Source: Candidatus Pacearchaeota archaeon (lineage in GTDB: Archaea > Nanobdellota > Nanobdellia > Pacearchaeales > UBA284). From it: DNA of 24,000 nt. Numbering within the stretch: position 1 is the stretch's first letter; the number at the start of each line of letters is the position of its first letter. The notes under the pieces are model-generated. The model was not told the origin of the DNA. It did not search any database and was given only the letters and a program-made list of their open reading frames with translations. The DNA lies in the NCBI GenBank assembly GCA_026016245.1, contig CP061211.1, forward strand, positions 10,930-34,929. Reading direction: 5' to 3'. Made by a program: the position numbers and the translations under genes. Positions 1-8,251 of the stretch are shown piece after piece.

Positions 1-1
1 A

Positions 2-763
2 TGGTCTTCAAGGAATAATAGTGCAATTGCTATCCTCGAAGGAAACAAGAAAGAAGCAAAATTAATTTCATTCAAAGATAAAATTTTGACAAACGAAGAA
101 ATAATTGATTTTATAACAAGGGAAACAAAAAATAAAAATACAATTATTGCTATAGATGCTCCTCTTCTTGTTCCAAATGAGAATGGAAGAAGAATAGCAG
201 AAGATTACACAGGACATCTTTTTAGAGAATATCACGCGGGAGCACATCCTGCAAATAGAAAAAGATTAAGTTGGGATGGAGAAGTTAGAGGTGAAAGAAT
301 AGTCAAATTACTAGAAAAAAAAGGTTTTGAACATAATCCTTTTCTAAAACGTTTTGAAAAAACAAATAAAATCATTGAAGTTTATCCTCATCCTTCAATT
401 GTTGTCTTATTTAATCTTAAACATATTCTTAGATATAAAGCCAGGCCAAAAAGAAATTATGAATTTAGATGGAAAGAATTTGAGAAATATAAGAAATATC
501 TAAAGAATTTAGAAAAAGCGAATCCAAAATTAAAACTTCCAAAAGAAATTTTTAAGAAAAAAATAAAAGGATTGAAAGGAAAAGCATTAAAAGAATTTGA
601 AGATTTACTTGATTCAATAATCTGCGCATATATTTCTTATTATTATTGGTGTTACCCAGAAAAATGTGAAGTTCTTGGTAATATGAAGAAAGGCTATATT
701 ATGACTCCTGTATTTGATTTTATGAAAGAAAAATTAAAAAAATTTAAATCTATGAAAAAATGA
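2..763 (+). CDS. DUF429-like (RNase H-fold) family protein, partial at 5' end
   Basis: The track starts at an internal TTG (86), but the frame is open to the window edge (WSSRNNSAIAILEGNKKEAKLISFKDKI-LTNEEII...), resembling the N-terminus of DUF429 proteins. Motifs IIAIDAPL and a C-terminal DSIICAYISYYYW are compatible with the family. The true start lies upstream of the window. Confidence 0.7.
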   Translation, partial: WSSRNNSAIAILEGNKKEAKLISFKDKILTNEEIIDFITRETKNKNTIIAIDAPLLVPNENGRRIAEDYTGHLFREYHAGAHPANRKRLSWDGEVRGERIVKLLEKKGFEHNPFLKRFEKTNKIIEVYPHPSIVVLFNLKHILRYKARPKRNYEFRWKEFEKYKKYLKNLEKANPKLKLPKEIFKKKIKGLKGKALKEFEDLLDSIICAYISYYYWCYPEKCEVLGNMKKGYIMTPVFDFMKEKLKKFKSMKK

Positions 764-1338
764 TATGTTTTTTTATTGGAAAAAGAAACAAGAAAATAGA
801 ATATTCTTTCAAGAAATTAGGTTTTGATAAAGTTTATTTTGTAAAGGAAGTGTCTAAATTAAAGGAAATAAGAAAAGAAGACAAAAGTACTTATAATGCT
901 TTTTTAATTAAAACTAAGGGAATAGAGATGTTGAGGAGGATGGTTGATAAAGCATCTAATTATATTTCCTTTATTCTTGTTTTAGGGATAAATGATGAAA
1001 TAAATCGTATCACTTTAGAACATAAAAAAGTCAGGGCTTTGGTAAGTCCTGAATACAAAAGAGAAAAGGATTTCTTGCATTATAGAAATTCTGGTTTAAA
1101 TCAGGTATTATGTAAGATAGCTAGAGACAATGATAAGATAATTATAGAGAATTTTAGTGATTTTATTTTAGAGAGCAAAGATATAACAAAAGCTCTTATT
1201 TTAGGAAGAATGATTCAGAATGCTCGACTTTGTAAAAAATATAAAACAAGACTTATTATAGGGAATTTTGTTAGAAATAATTCTGAATTTAGGTCAAAAT
1301 ATGATTTAGAAACTTTTAAGAGAATTCTATTTGTTTAG
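760..1338 (+). CDS. rnp3: RNase P protein component 3 (Rpp30-like)
   Basis: 192 aa. The segments RNSGLNQVLCKIARDNDKIIIENF and LGRMIQNARLCKKYKTRLIIGNF match the archaeal Rpp30 pattern. ATGA overlap with the upstream ORF suggests translational coupling. Confidence 0.75.
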   Translation: MICFFIGKRNKKIEYSFKKLGFDKVYFVKEVSKLKEIRKEDKSTYNAFLIKTKGIEMLRRMVDKASNYISFILVLGINDEINRITLEHKKVRALVSPEYKREKDFLHYRNSGLNQVLCKIARDNDKIIIENFSDFILESKDITKALILGRMIQNARLCKKYKTRLIIGNFVRNNSEFRSKYDLETFKRILFV

Positions 1339-1611
1339 AATCTTAATGTTTTTGTTTTTATATGGCCAAGGGCTATGGCCTAATTGGATAATCAGGTCTA
1401 TATTCAGGTTTTTAAGTTCAAGAGGCAGGTCGCAAGCACCATAACAAGAACCAAGCCAAATAAGACATTTTGCTTTTGTTTTTTTCTCAATCTTATCTAC
1501 TAACTTTGTGGCTTCTAGCTTTAATCCTTCTGGAAGTTGCAAACAGACAAGTTTTGCTTTTTCCTTTTTAATTGTTCTAATAATTTTGTCTATCTCCAAA
1601 TCATATTTCAT
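1327..1611 (-). CDS. Truncated Dph2-like protein (first domain only of diphthamide 3-amino-3-carboxypropyltransferase)
   Basis: 94 aa: KLVCLQLPEGLKLEATKLVDKIE...GSCYGACDLPLELKNLNIDLIIQLGHSPWP resembles the Dph1/Dph2 N-terminal domain including the first Fe-S Cys. Full-length proteins are about 330 aa. Stops at TAG 1327-1329 with 12 bp convergent overlap with the Rpp30-like ORF. Confidence 0.7.
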   Translation of the reverse strand: MKYDLEIDKIIRTIKKEKAKLVCLQLPEGLKLEATKLVDKIEKKTKAKCLIWLGSCYGACDLPLELKNLNIDLIIQLGHSPWPYKNKNIKILNK

Positions 1612-1645
1612 GAATCTTTAATCTCCTTAATCTTTTTATAGTTTT

Positions 1646-2161
1646 TTATTTTAGTTCATAAAGATAAAGTTTCTCAAAGAAAAATTTCTCCTCATCAATT
1701 TTTTTGAAATTGTATTGATATTTTTTAAACAACTGTTCAACATTTTTATTTAAGCTACTACATAACAATAAAATTTTTCCATTTTTTTCTAGATAATTTT
1801 TCGCTTCTCTTAAAAATCTGTTGATGATTTCTGTTCCGCTCTTGCCGCCATCTATTTCTTTATATTTAATTTTTTTGCTTGGAAGGTAAGGTGGATTGAA
1901 TAAAATGAGATTGAATTTTCCTTTTATATTTGAAAATAAATCTGAATATATGAATTTTATTTTGGGATTTTTATTATTTCTTTTTAGTTTCTTAATTAAT
2001 TCTTTATTAATATCACAAGCTATAACTTCTCTAGCATATTTAGATGATTCTTTTGCGAGAATTCCTGATCCTGTTCCTATATCAAGAACAATATCATTTT
2101 TATTTATGTAATTTTTAATATGTTTCAATAAAAGAAAAGAATCCTCTCTAGGCTCATACAT
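1646..2161 (-). CDS. HemK/Mtq2-like SAM-dependent methyltransferase
   Basis: 171 aa. YEPREDSFLL N-terminus, SAM motif VLDIGTGSGIL, and NPPY motif (LILFNPPYLPS). Confidence 0.85.
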   Translation of the reverse strand: MYEPREDSFLLLKHIKNYINKNDIVLDIGTGSGILAKESSKYAREVIACDINKELIKKLKRNNKNPKIKFIYSDLFSNIKGKFNLILFNPPYLPSKKIKYKEIDGGKSGTEIINRFLREAKNYLEKNGKILLLCSSLNKNVEQLFKKYQYNFKKIDEEKFFFEKLYLYELK

Positions 2162-2168
2162 TTTATTT

Positions 2169-2594
2169 TTATTTGATTATTACCTTTTTAATACTAAAGA
2201 ACTTTTCAAGAATATCAGAAAGCTCATGGAGTCTTCTTTTCCCTCTTCCAATCAGGGCTGCCTTTTCTCTTAGTGCACTAAAAATTATAAGCTCATTATT
2301 TTGAAGTAAGAGTTTTCTGAATTTATGTGGGAATATGAGAACCTTGATAAAGTATTCAAGATCAGCTCTGCTTGTTGGTACAGCAACTATCTTTACCTTC
2401 CTATTTATTCTCCTCATGAGCCTATTTACATTCTCTGCATTTCTTCCTATGGCTTTGGTGACTAATTTTCTTGGCACCGCGAAAATGATGATTGAATCAT
2501 AATTAAAGCAATATTTTGCTTTTAGTCCAACAACTTTTTCAAAAACATTCATATATTGTATTTTTTGGATGTCAAGTTTTGCTATAATCTTCAT
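2169..2594 (-). CDS. nusA: NusA-like KH-domain transcription factor
   Basis: 141 aa with KH motifs (RKLVTKAIGRNAENVNRLMRRINRKVKIV; EKAALIGRGKRRLHELSDIL). Conserved position after rpoA and L30e in archaeal RNAP operons. Confidence 0.8.
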   Translation of the reverse strand: MKIIAKLDIQKIQYMNVFEKVVGLKAKYCFNYDSIIIFAVPRKLVTKAIGRNAENVNRLMRRINRKVKIVAVPTSRADLEYFIKVLIFPHKFRKLLLQNNELIIFSALREKAALIGRGKRRLHELSDILEKFFSIKKVIIK

Positions 2595-2872
2595 TTTTTG
2601 CTTCCTGTTTTTTTCTTTATTTCTTTTTCTTCTTTTAATACAGAAACAACTGAGATATTAAAACTTTTCTTACACAACTCTTTTAGTTCTTCTCTTGTCA
2701 GATCTGTTTTTATTACTATGCTTGTTTTTGGGAATTCTTTAGAGTCTATTGAACAATCCTTAGACAAGTAGATTTTTTCAATATCCCTAAATTTTTTAAA
2801 AGCTATTTTTGGTCCGAAAATTACATCTCTCTTTTTCAATTCTTTTGTAAGGCTATTTGTAATCTGTGCCAT
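2591..2872 (-). CDS. rpl30e: Divergent ribosomal protein L30e-like
   Basis: 93 aa. LTKELKKRDVIFGPKIAFKKFRD...IYLSKDC...LKELCKKSFNISVVSVLKEE resembles the L7Ae/L30e fold. Syntenic position between rpoA and nusA. Divergent at sequence level. Confidence 0.65.
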   Translation of the reverse strand: MAQITNSLTKELKKRDVIFGPKIAFKKFRDIEKIYLSKDCSIDSKEFPKTSIVIKTDLTREELKELCKKSFNISVVSVLKEEKEIKKKTGSKK

Positions 2873-2911
2873 TTTCTCCTTTGTTTTAGTTTTTTATTTT
2901 TATTTGATTTA

Positions 2912-5900
2912 TTATTTCCTAGCTAAGTCTTCTTGTTTTGTTATTTTTACAAGTAGTCCAGGAAGCCCTGTTCCTACTGGTACAGGTTGGTTGAGAATTA
3001 GGTTTTCAATCACACTCACAAGATGGTCTGTTGATGCTGTGATAGAAGCATTAACAAAATGTTTTATAGGTGTTTCGAATGAAGCTCTAGCAAGAATAGA
3101 TGATTTATCTGATATTATTCCAACTCTTGTAACCCCCTTAACACTTCCGCTTGAAGTCATGGCATCAGCAACCAGTTTAATGTGTTTATCATTTATGGCA
3201 AGACTTTGTTTTTCTATAACCTTCTTTGCTTCATTAATTATTGCTTGTCTTGCTGCCTCTATTCCAAGGACATTATAGATCTCATAAATATTGTTTGTTA
3301 TTACCTTATTTTTATCAATACCTTTTATTTTGAAAATATCTTCAAGATTAGAACCAGCTGTAAGAATAATATAGTCTGAATCTCTTTTTACGATGAGGAT
3401 TTGAGATATTCCCTTGACTCCAGCAACATTTGTCTCTTTTAATTTTTCTTTTATCTTATATAGACCTTTAAAATCTTCTTCTTCCTTTGGTTTTATTGAT
3501 AATCCTTCATCTGTTTTTTTTATTCTGATATATTTTGATTCTAGAGCTGAGATGATTTTTTCCTTGCTTAGATGTAACTCTCTAAGGGATTTTTTGTTTA
3601 GTTTTATATTGATTTTGGATTCGCTAAAATTTACCTGGATTTCTTCAGTAATATCATTTAATTTTATCTCTCTTATCTTTGCAGCTATTCTTTTGGCAGC
3701 CCCTGAATTATTATGCTGTCTTTCTAGATAAATCTCCATACTAGGAGTGCTTGGTTTCTTCCTTGCGTCAAATATTTCTATTAATCTTGGAAGGCCAACT
3801 GTAATCTGCATTTCTGAAACGCCGGCGAAATGGAAAACATTAAGTGTCATCTGTGTAGCTGGTTCACCAAAACTCTCTGCTGTTATAACTCCTATAGCCT
3901 CTCCAGGAGCAATTTTGTTATCTTCAAGATGTTCTTTTGTTATGTCTATACCATCTTCCCCATATTCAAATTGAATAATGTTTGCATTAGAATCTCTTAC
4001 AGTCCCATCATATTCCACCCTCAAATCTTGTAGTGCATTTACAAGCCTTCTGTACAAGTAGCCGGATTTTGGTGTTCTTAGTGCTGTATCCATGAGTCCA
4101 TCTCTTCCTGTAACTGCTGTAAAGAAAAACTCGTCTGCTTTTAATCCATTTAAATAGTTAGAATAAATAAATCCGCCTGCCCTAGCTGCAAAATCCCTCT
4201 CTTTGTAAAATGATAGAGTCCTGTTATTATATCCAAAGTTTATTCTTTTAGCCCAGAGAGACTGCTGTCCCACTGTGGAAGCCATTTGTGTTAAGAACAA
4301 AAGACTTCCTCTGGAGCCACACACAGCCATTATATAGGCAGGATTATCCTTTTTGAGTTCTTTTTTAACAGAATCTCCTACTTTTGTTCTTACCTCATTA
4401 AGTGTCTGTAAGATTTTAATTTCTCTGCTCTCTTCAAATGTTTTTCCAGGAATTATTTCTAAAGTATTGTCATAGAAAGAGGCAATTATTTTCTGTACTT
4501 TCTTTTCAGCTCCTTTGATTATTTCTTTTGTTTCTTCCTTAACCTTATCTGTGGTTTCAATATCTGCTATTGAGATAGTGAAACCCTTTCTTGTCAAATA
4601 AAGGACGCCAAGCAGGAATACTCTCTTTAAGAAATCTATTGTTCTTTTTCTTCCTGCCTGTCTATCTAACTCTCTTGTTAGAGTATTTGTTTCAACACCA
4701 ATTATTTTTTCATCGATAAGACCAGAAATAAGCTTTCCATTTTTGATTGCAACATATGCATTATATGGGCAATTTTCCTTTTTGCATCTTTCAAAGTAAG
4801 GACAGCCCCTTCCTTTACAAGCTTTTGATTTTGTTTCAAAATTTATTTTTGGAAGTAATGCTGAGAATATTTCTCTTCCATAAACCTTTTCTTTAAAGTG
4901 TATGTTTTTTATATTAGTACCACATGCTGAGAGAAGTTGTATAGCCTCTTCTCTTGGGATATTTTTTGCTGATGTCAATAGATAGAGGCCGGTTATAGCA
5001 TCTTCAACACAACCTAACACATTGGCATTTATTTTTGGCGATATGAGATGGTTTGCTACGTCAAGCAGAACTTTAGCTTCAGCTCTAGCTTCTTCTGTTT
5101 GTGGCACGTGAATATTCATAGCATCACCATCAAAGTCTGCATTGTATGGGAAGGTTGCTGCTGGGTGTATTCTAAATGTTCTTCCTGGGAGTACTTTTAC
5201 AAAATGCCCCATAAGACTCATTCTATGTAGTGAGGGATGTCTGTTGAAAAGAACAATATCATTATCTTCTAGGTGTCTCTCAACAAGATAGCCAATATCA
5301 AGTTCTTCTTTAAGTTGTTCTCTTAATTCTTCTGTGATTCTTTTTCTCTTGCCGTCTAGTCTAATAATACTGTTTGCAGCTGGGTAAATTGTTTTTTCAA
5401 TTTTTTTGCTAAGAAGGCCCATGTTAGATGTTGTGATTCTTTCAGGGACAGTAAGAACTTTTGCTATTTCAAGAGGGACGCCAACATCATTAATTTCAAT
5501 GTATGGATCTGGGCTTATGATTGTTCTTGAGCTGAAATTGACTCTTTTACCAGCAAGATTATGCCTGATTCTTCCTTGTTTTCCTTTAATTCTTTCAGTT
5601 ATTGTTTTTAATGGCTGTCCACTTCTATGTCTTGCTGGAGGAACATGACTTATTGTATTATCAAAGAAAGTTGTTGAATGGTATTGTAATAAATCCCATA
5701 GATCCTCGATGATAACTTCTGGGGCCCCTGCATTAAGATTCTCCCACAGACGCTGGTTTGCTCTAACAATATCACTTAGCTTATGTGTCAAATCATCCTC
5801 ACTTCTCTCTCCTGTTTCAAGAGTTATGCTAGGGCGAACTGTTACCGGTGGGACTAACAAAAGAGTTAGAATAGCCCACTCTGGTCTACAAGATTTTGGA

Positions 5901-6424
5901 TTTATTCCTAGAACACGAGCATCACTGTCACTTATCCTAACAAGTCTTTCACGAATTTCTGTAGGGAAGATTCTTTTTTTGCCAATGTAAAAAGAAGATG
6001 GCTTGTCTAGTTTTACTTTTTCTTGTTTTGTTCCACAATAAGGGCATTTTTTTGCTGTTCTTGCTTTATCTACTCTTTTTAATTTTATGTATTCCTCTGT
6101 CAAGAGAATCCTTCCACATTCCTGGCATGTAGCTTTTAAACATAGATATATAAGAGGAAGGAATTTTATGTGCAGAACAGGACGAGCTAGTTCAATATAT
6201 CCAAAATGACCCAAACACTCTTTAAGCAATCCTCCACAAGTTCTGCATCTGACTCCTGGACCTATTGCTCCTAGTCTTAGATCCATCAAGCCACCATCTA
6301 CTGGATAGCCGTCCATGTCATAAAGTTCTGGAGTTACAATTTTAGCAGCACCAAATTTCTTTATCTGCTCAGGAGAGAACAAGGAAAATTGAATTTCCTT
6401 GATCTGTTTAATTATTGGTTCCAT
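2912..6424 (-). CDS. rpoA: DNA-directed RNA polymerase subunit A (fused A'+A'')
   Basis: 1170 aa. Catalytic NADFDGDAMNIHVP, zinc-binding CRTCGG...CLGHFG, bridge-helix region SGYLYRRLVNALQDLRVEYDGTVRD, trigger-loop region GEPATQMTLNVFHFAGV, and A'' GLPRLIEIFDARKKPSTP all lie in one frame. Confidence 0.98.
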   Translation of the reverse strand: MEPIIKQIKEIQFSLFSPEQIKKFGAAKIVTPELYDMDGYPVDGGLMDLRLGAIGPGVRCRTCGGLLKECLGHFGYIELARPVLHIKFLPLIYLCLKATCQECGRILLTEEYIKLKRVDKARTAKKCPYCGTKQEKVKLDKPSSFYIGKKRIFPTEIRERLVRISDSDARVLGINPKSCRPEWAILTLLLVPPVTVRPSITLETGERSEDDLTHKLSDIVRANQRLWENLNAGAPEVIIEDLWDLLQYHSTTFFDNTISHVPPARHRSGQPLKTITERIKGKQGRIRHNLAGKRVNFSSRTIISPDPYIEINDVGVPLEIAKVLTVPERITTSNMGLLSKKIEKTIYPAANSIIRLDGKRKRITEELREQLKEELDIGYLVERHLEDNDIVLFNRHPSLHRMSLMGHFVKVLPGRTFRIHPAATFPYNADFDGDAMNIHVPQTEEARAEAKVLLDVANHLISPKINANVLGCVEDAITGLYLLTSAKNIPREEAIQLLSACGTNIKNIHFKEKVYGREIFSALLPKINFETKSKACKGRGCPYFERCKKENCPYNAYVAIKNGKLISGLIDEKIIGVETNTLTRELDRQAGRKRTIDFLKRVFLLGVLYLTRKGFTISIADIETTDKVKEETKEIIKGAEKKVQKIIASFYDNTLEIIPGKTFEESREIKILQTLNEVRTKVGDSVKKELKKDNPAYIMAVCGSRGSLLFLTQMASTVGQQSLWAKRINFGYNNRTLSFYKERDFAARAGGFIYSNYLNGLKADEFFFTAVTGRDGLMDTALRTPKSGYLYRRLVNALQDLRVEYDGTVRDSNANIIQFEYGEDGIDITKEHLEDNKIAPGEAIGVITAESFGEPATQMTLNVFHFAGVSEMQITVGLPRLIEIFDARKKPSTPSMEIYLERQHNNSGAAKRIAAKIREIKLNDITEEIQVNFSESKINIKLNKKSLRELHLSKEKIISALESKYIRIKKTDEGLSIKPKEEEDFKGLYKIKEKLKETNVAGVKGISQILIVKRDSDYIILTAGSNLEDIFKIKGIDKNKVITNNIYEIYNVLGIEAARQAIINEAKKVIEKQSLAINDKHIKLVADAMTSSGSVKGVTRVGIISDKSSILARASFETPIKHFVNASITASTDHLVSVIENLILNQPVPVGTGLPGLLVKITKQEDLARK

Positions 6425-6447
6425 TTTGTTTTTTCTTTTTTTTATTC

Positions 6448-8247
6448 TTAATCCTCATATTTGTTCTTGAGCATTAGATGAGGGAATAAGCTGAGAGAGA
6501 TGAGCTCTTCCATTAATAACTTGGAGGCATAAGAAATTTCTACTGGCTCTAATTTCTGGCCACCACAAAGAGGGCAAATTTCTCTTTTCCTTAGCTTATC
6601 TCGAATTCCAAAACTTCCACATTTTGGGCATATGTGTGCAACGATATTATCTGAGCTGAATCTTTCTTTAAGCAATAAGGAAGCTCCATGGGCTACTAAA
6701 ACATCTTTTTCCATCTCCCCTAATCTTAATGCACCACCTTTTGCTCTTCCTTCAACTGGTTGTCTCGTTAACAAGGTAATTTTACCAGAAGCCCTCATTT
6801 GTATTGTGTTTGCAACCATATATTTTAGCTTTAAATAATAAATATTGCCGATGAAAATTTTTGCTTCAAGAGGCTTTCCTGTCAAACCATCATACAGAGT
6901 TTCTTTTCCATCTGGCCTGAAACCTAAGTCAAGCAGCATTTTTTCAAATTCTTTAATATTAGGTTTACTAAAAGAAGAACCATCTATTATTCTTCCATTT
7001 AGACAGCCTATTTTTCCAGTCAGTAGTTCTAGAAGATAGCCAACTGTCATTCTGCCTGGAATCCCATGAGGATTAAAAATAAGGTCTGGCTTGATTCCTT
7101 TGGAAGTGAAGGGTAGATCTTCTTCATTAACTATTGCTCCTATGACACCTTTTTGTCCGTGTGGGGAGGCAAATTTATCTCCGATTTCAGGAATTCTATT
7201 ATCTCTTGTTCTAACCTGCACAATCTTGTGACCTTGAGAGTCTGTTGTAAGAAAAACACCATCTACGATACCTTTTTCAGCCTGTCTTATTACAGTACTA
7301 TTCTCTTTTGTTACCCTGGCTAAAGAAATTTCTTCCATCTCAAGCAAGAATTTTGGAGGGGACATCTTTCCTATAACCACCTCACTTTCTTCTAATTCTG
7401 CTTCTGGGTAAACCACCCCATCCTCTTCTAGATAACGGTAAGATTTCTCTGTTCTGTAACCACTAACATCCTTTGTTGGCACACCTATTTTATCTTTCAA
7501 GTTACCTGTGTAATGCAATTCAGTTGAAGTATATGGTCTAAAGTATGTGCTTCTTCCTAATCCTCTATCCACACTTGCCTTGTTTAGAACTATAGCATCA
7601 CTCATGTTATATCCTTCATAAGGCATGATAGCAACGATAACATTCTGACCAGCCGGATAAAAGTTTATTGTATCATAAACAAAACTTCTCACGATTGGTT
7701 TCTGAGGATAATGGAGAATACTTACATCAGTATCTATAAGATTAAGGTAATTAGCAGCATAAAGGCCAAGAGCTTGTTTATGTGTTCTTCCTACTTTATT
7801 TAATCTTGAGCTCTGGTCATGGTTTCCATAAGGTATCAAAGATATGATTGCTCCAAACATTGCCATTGGATCTACCTCTAGATGCGTGTGTTCTGGGGTT
7901 AAATCTTCTTCTGATATTGCCACAAACAAATTATCCTCTTCAGCAGCATCCACATATTCTATTATGCCAAGAGCTATCAAGTCATCCCAACTCAATTCAT
8001 CTTTTTTTAGTGCTTCTATGTGTTCTTCCTTTAATTTTGGCTGTCCATCTTTGATAATTATTAGGGGCCTTAAAACTCTGCCAACATCAGTTGTCAAGAA
8101 AATTATATCGCCAACTTTATCATATCTAATGCTTAGCTCAGAAGGTAATTCCTGAGCTCTTCTTTTTTCTCTCAATACTTCTATAAAATGCTTATTGTCT
8201 TCTACTTCACCAATAAAATGACCATTGTAAAATACATCTGTTTCCAT
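6448..8247 (-). CDS. rpoB1: DNA-directed RNA polymerase subunit B' (C-terminal part of B)
   Basis: 599 aa. Motifs NVIVAIMPYEGYNMSDAIVLN, FASPHGQKGVIG, PDLIFNPHGIPGRMTVGYLLE, and a C-terminal zinc-finger-like CPKCGSFG...CPLCGG. Confidence 0.97.
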   Translation of the reverse strand: METDVFYNGHFIGEVEDNKHFIEVLREKRRAQELPSELSIRYDKVGDIIFLTTDVGRVLRPLIIIKDGQPKLKEEHIEALKKDELSWDDLIALGIIEYVDAAEEDNLFVAISEEDLTPEHTHLEVDPMAMFGAIISLIPYGNHDQSSRLNKVGRTHKQALGLYAANYLNLIDTDVSILHYPQKPIVRSFVYDTINFYPAGQNVIVAIMPYEGYNMSDAIVLNKASVDRGLGRSTYFRPYTSTELHYTGNLKDKIGVPTKDVSGYRTEKSYRYLEEDGVVYPEAELEESEVVIGKMSPPKFLLEMEEISLARVTKENSTVIRQAEKGIVDGVFLTTDSQGHKIVQVRTRDNRIPEIGDKFASPHGQKGVIGAIVNEEDLPFTSKGIKPDLIFNPHGIPGRMTVGYLLELLTGKIGCLNGRIIDGSSFSKPNIKEFEKMLLDLGFRPDGKETLYDGLTGKPLEAKIFIGNIYYLKLKYMVANTIQMRASGKITLLTRQPVEGRAKGGALRLGEMEKDVLVAHGASLLLKERFSSDNIVAHICPKCGSFGIRDKLRKREICPLCGGQKLEPVEISYASKLLMEELISLSLFPHLMLKNKYED

Positions 8248-8251
8248 TTTT

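Noticed and set aside
760-1330. Idea that Dph2 simply continues in another minus-strand frame (simple frameshift)
   Set aside because: The track shows no minus-strand ORF downstream of 1327, and the region encodes the Rpp30-like protein on the plus strand.
1355-1395. Possible hairpin or repeat in tatggccaagggctatggcc
   Set aside because: It lies within the Dph2-like coding sequence (GHSPWPY codons) and the short GGCC self-complement is not convincing as a structured element.
2904-8155. Plus-strand ORFs opposite rpoA and rpoB' (e.g. 2904-3278, 3182-3379, 3414-3731, 3747-3974, 5406-5648, 7844-8155)
   Set aside because: They lie antisense to strongly conserved RNAP genes, and their compositions are shadow-like with no recognisable motifs.
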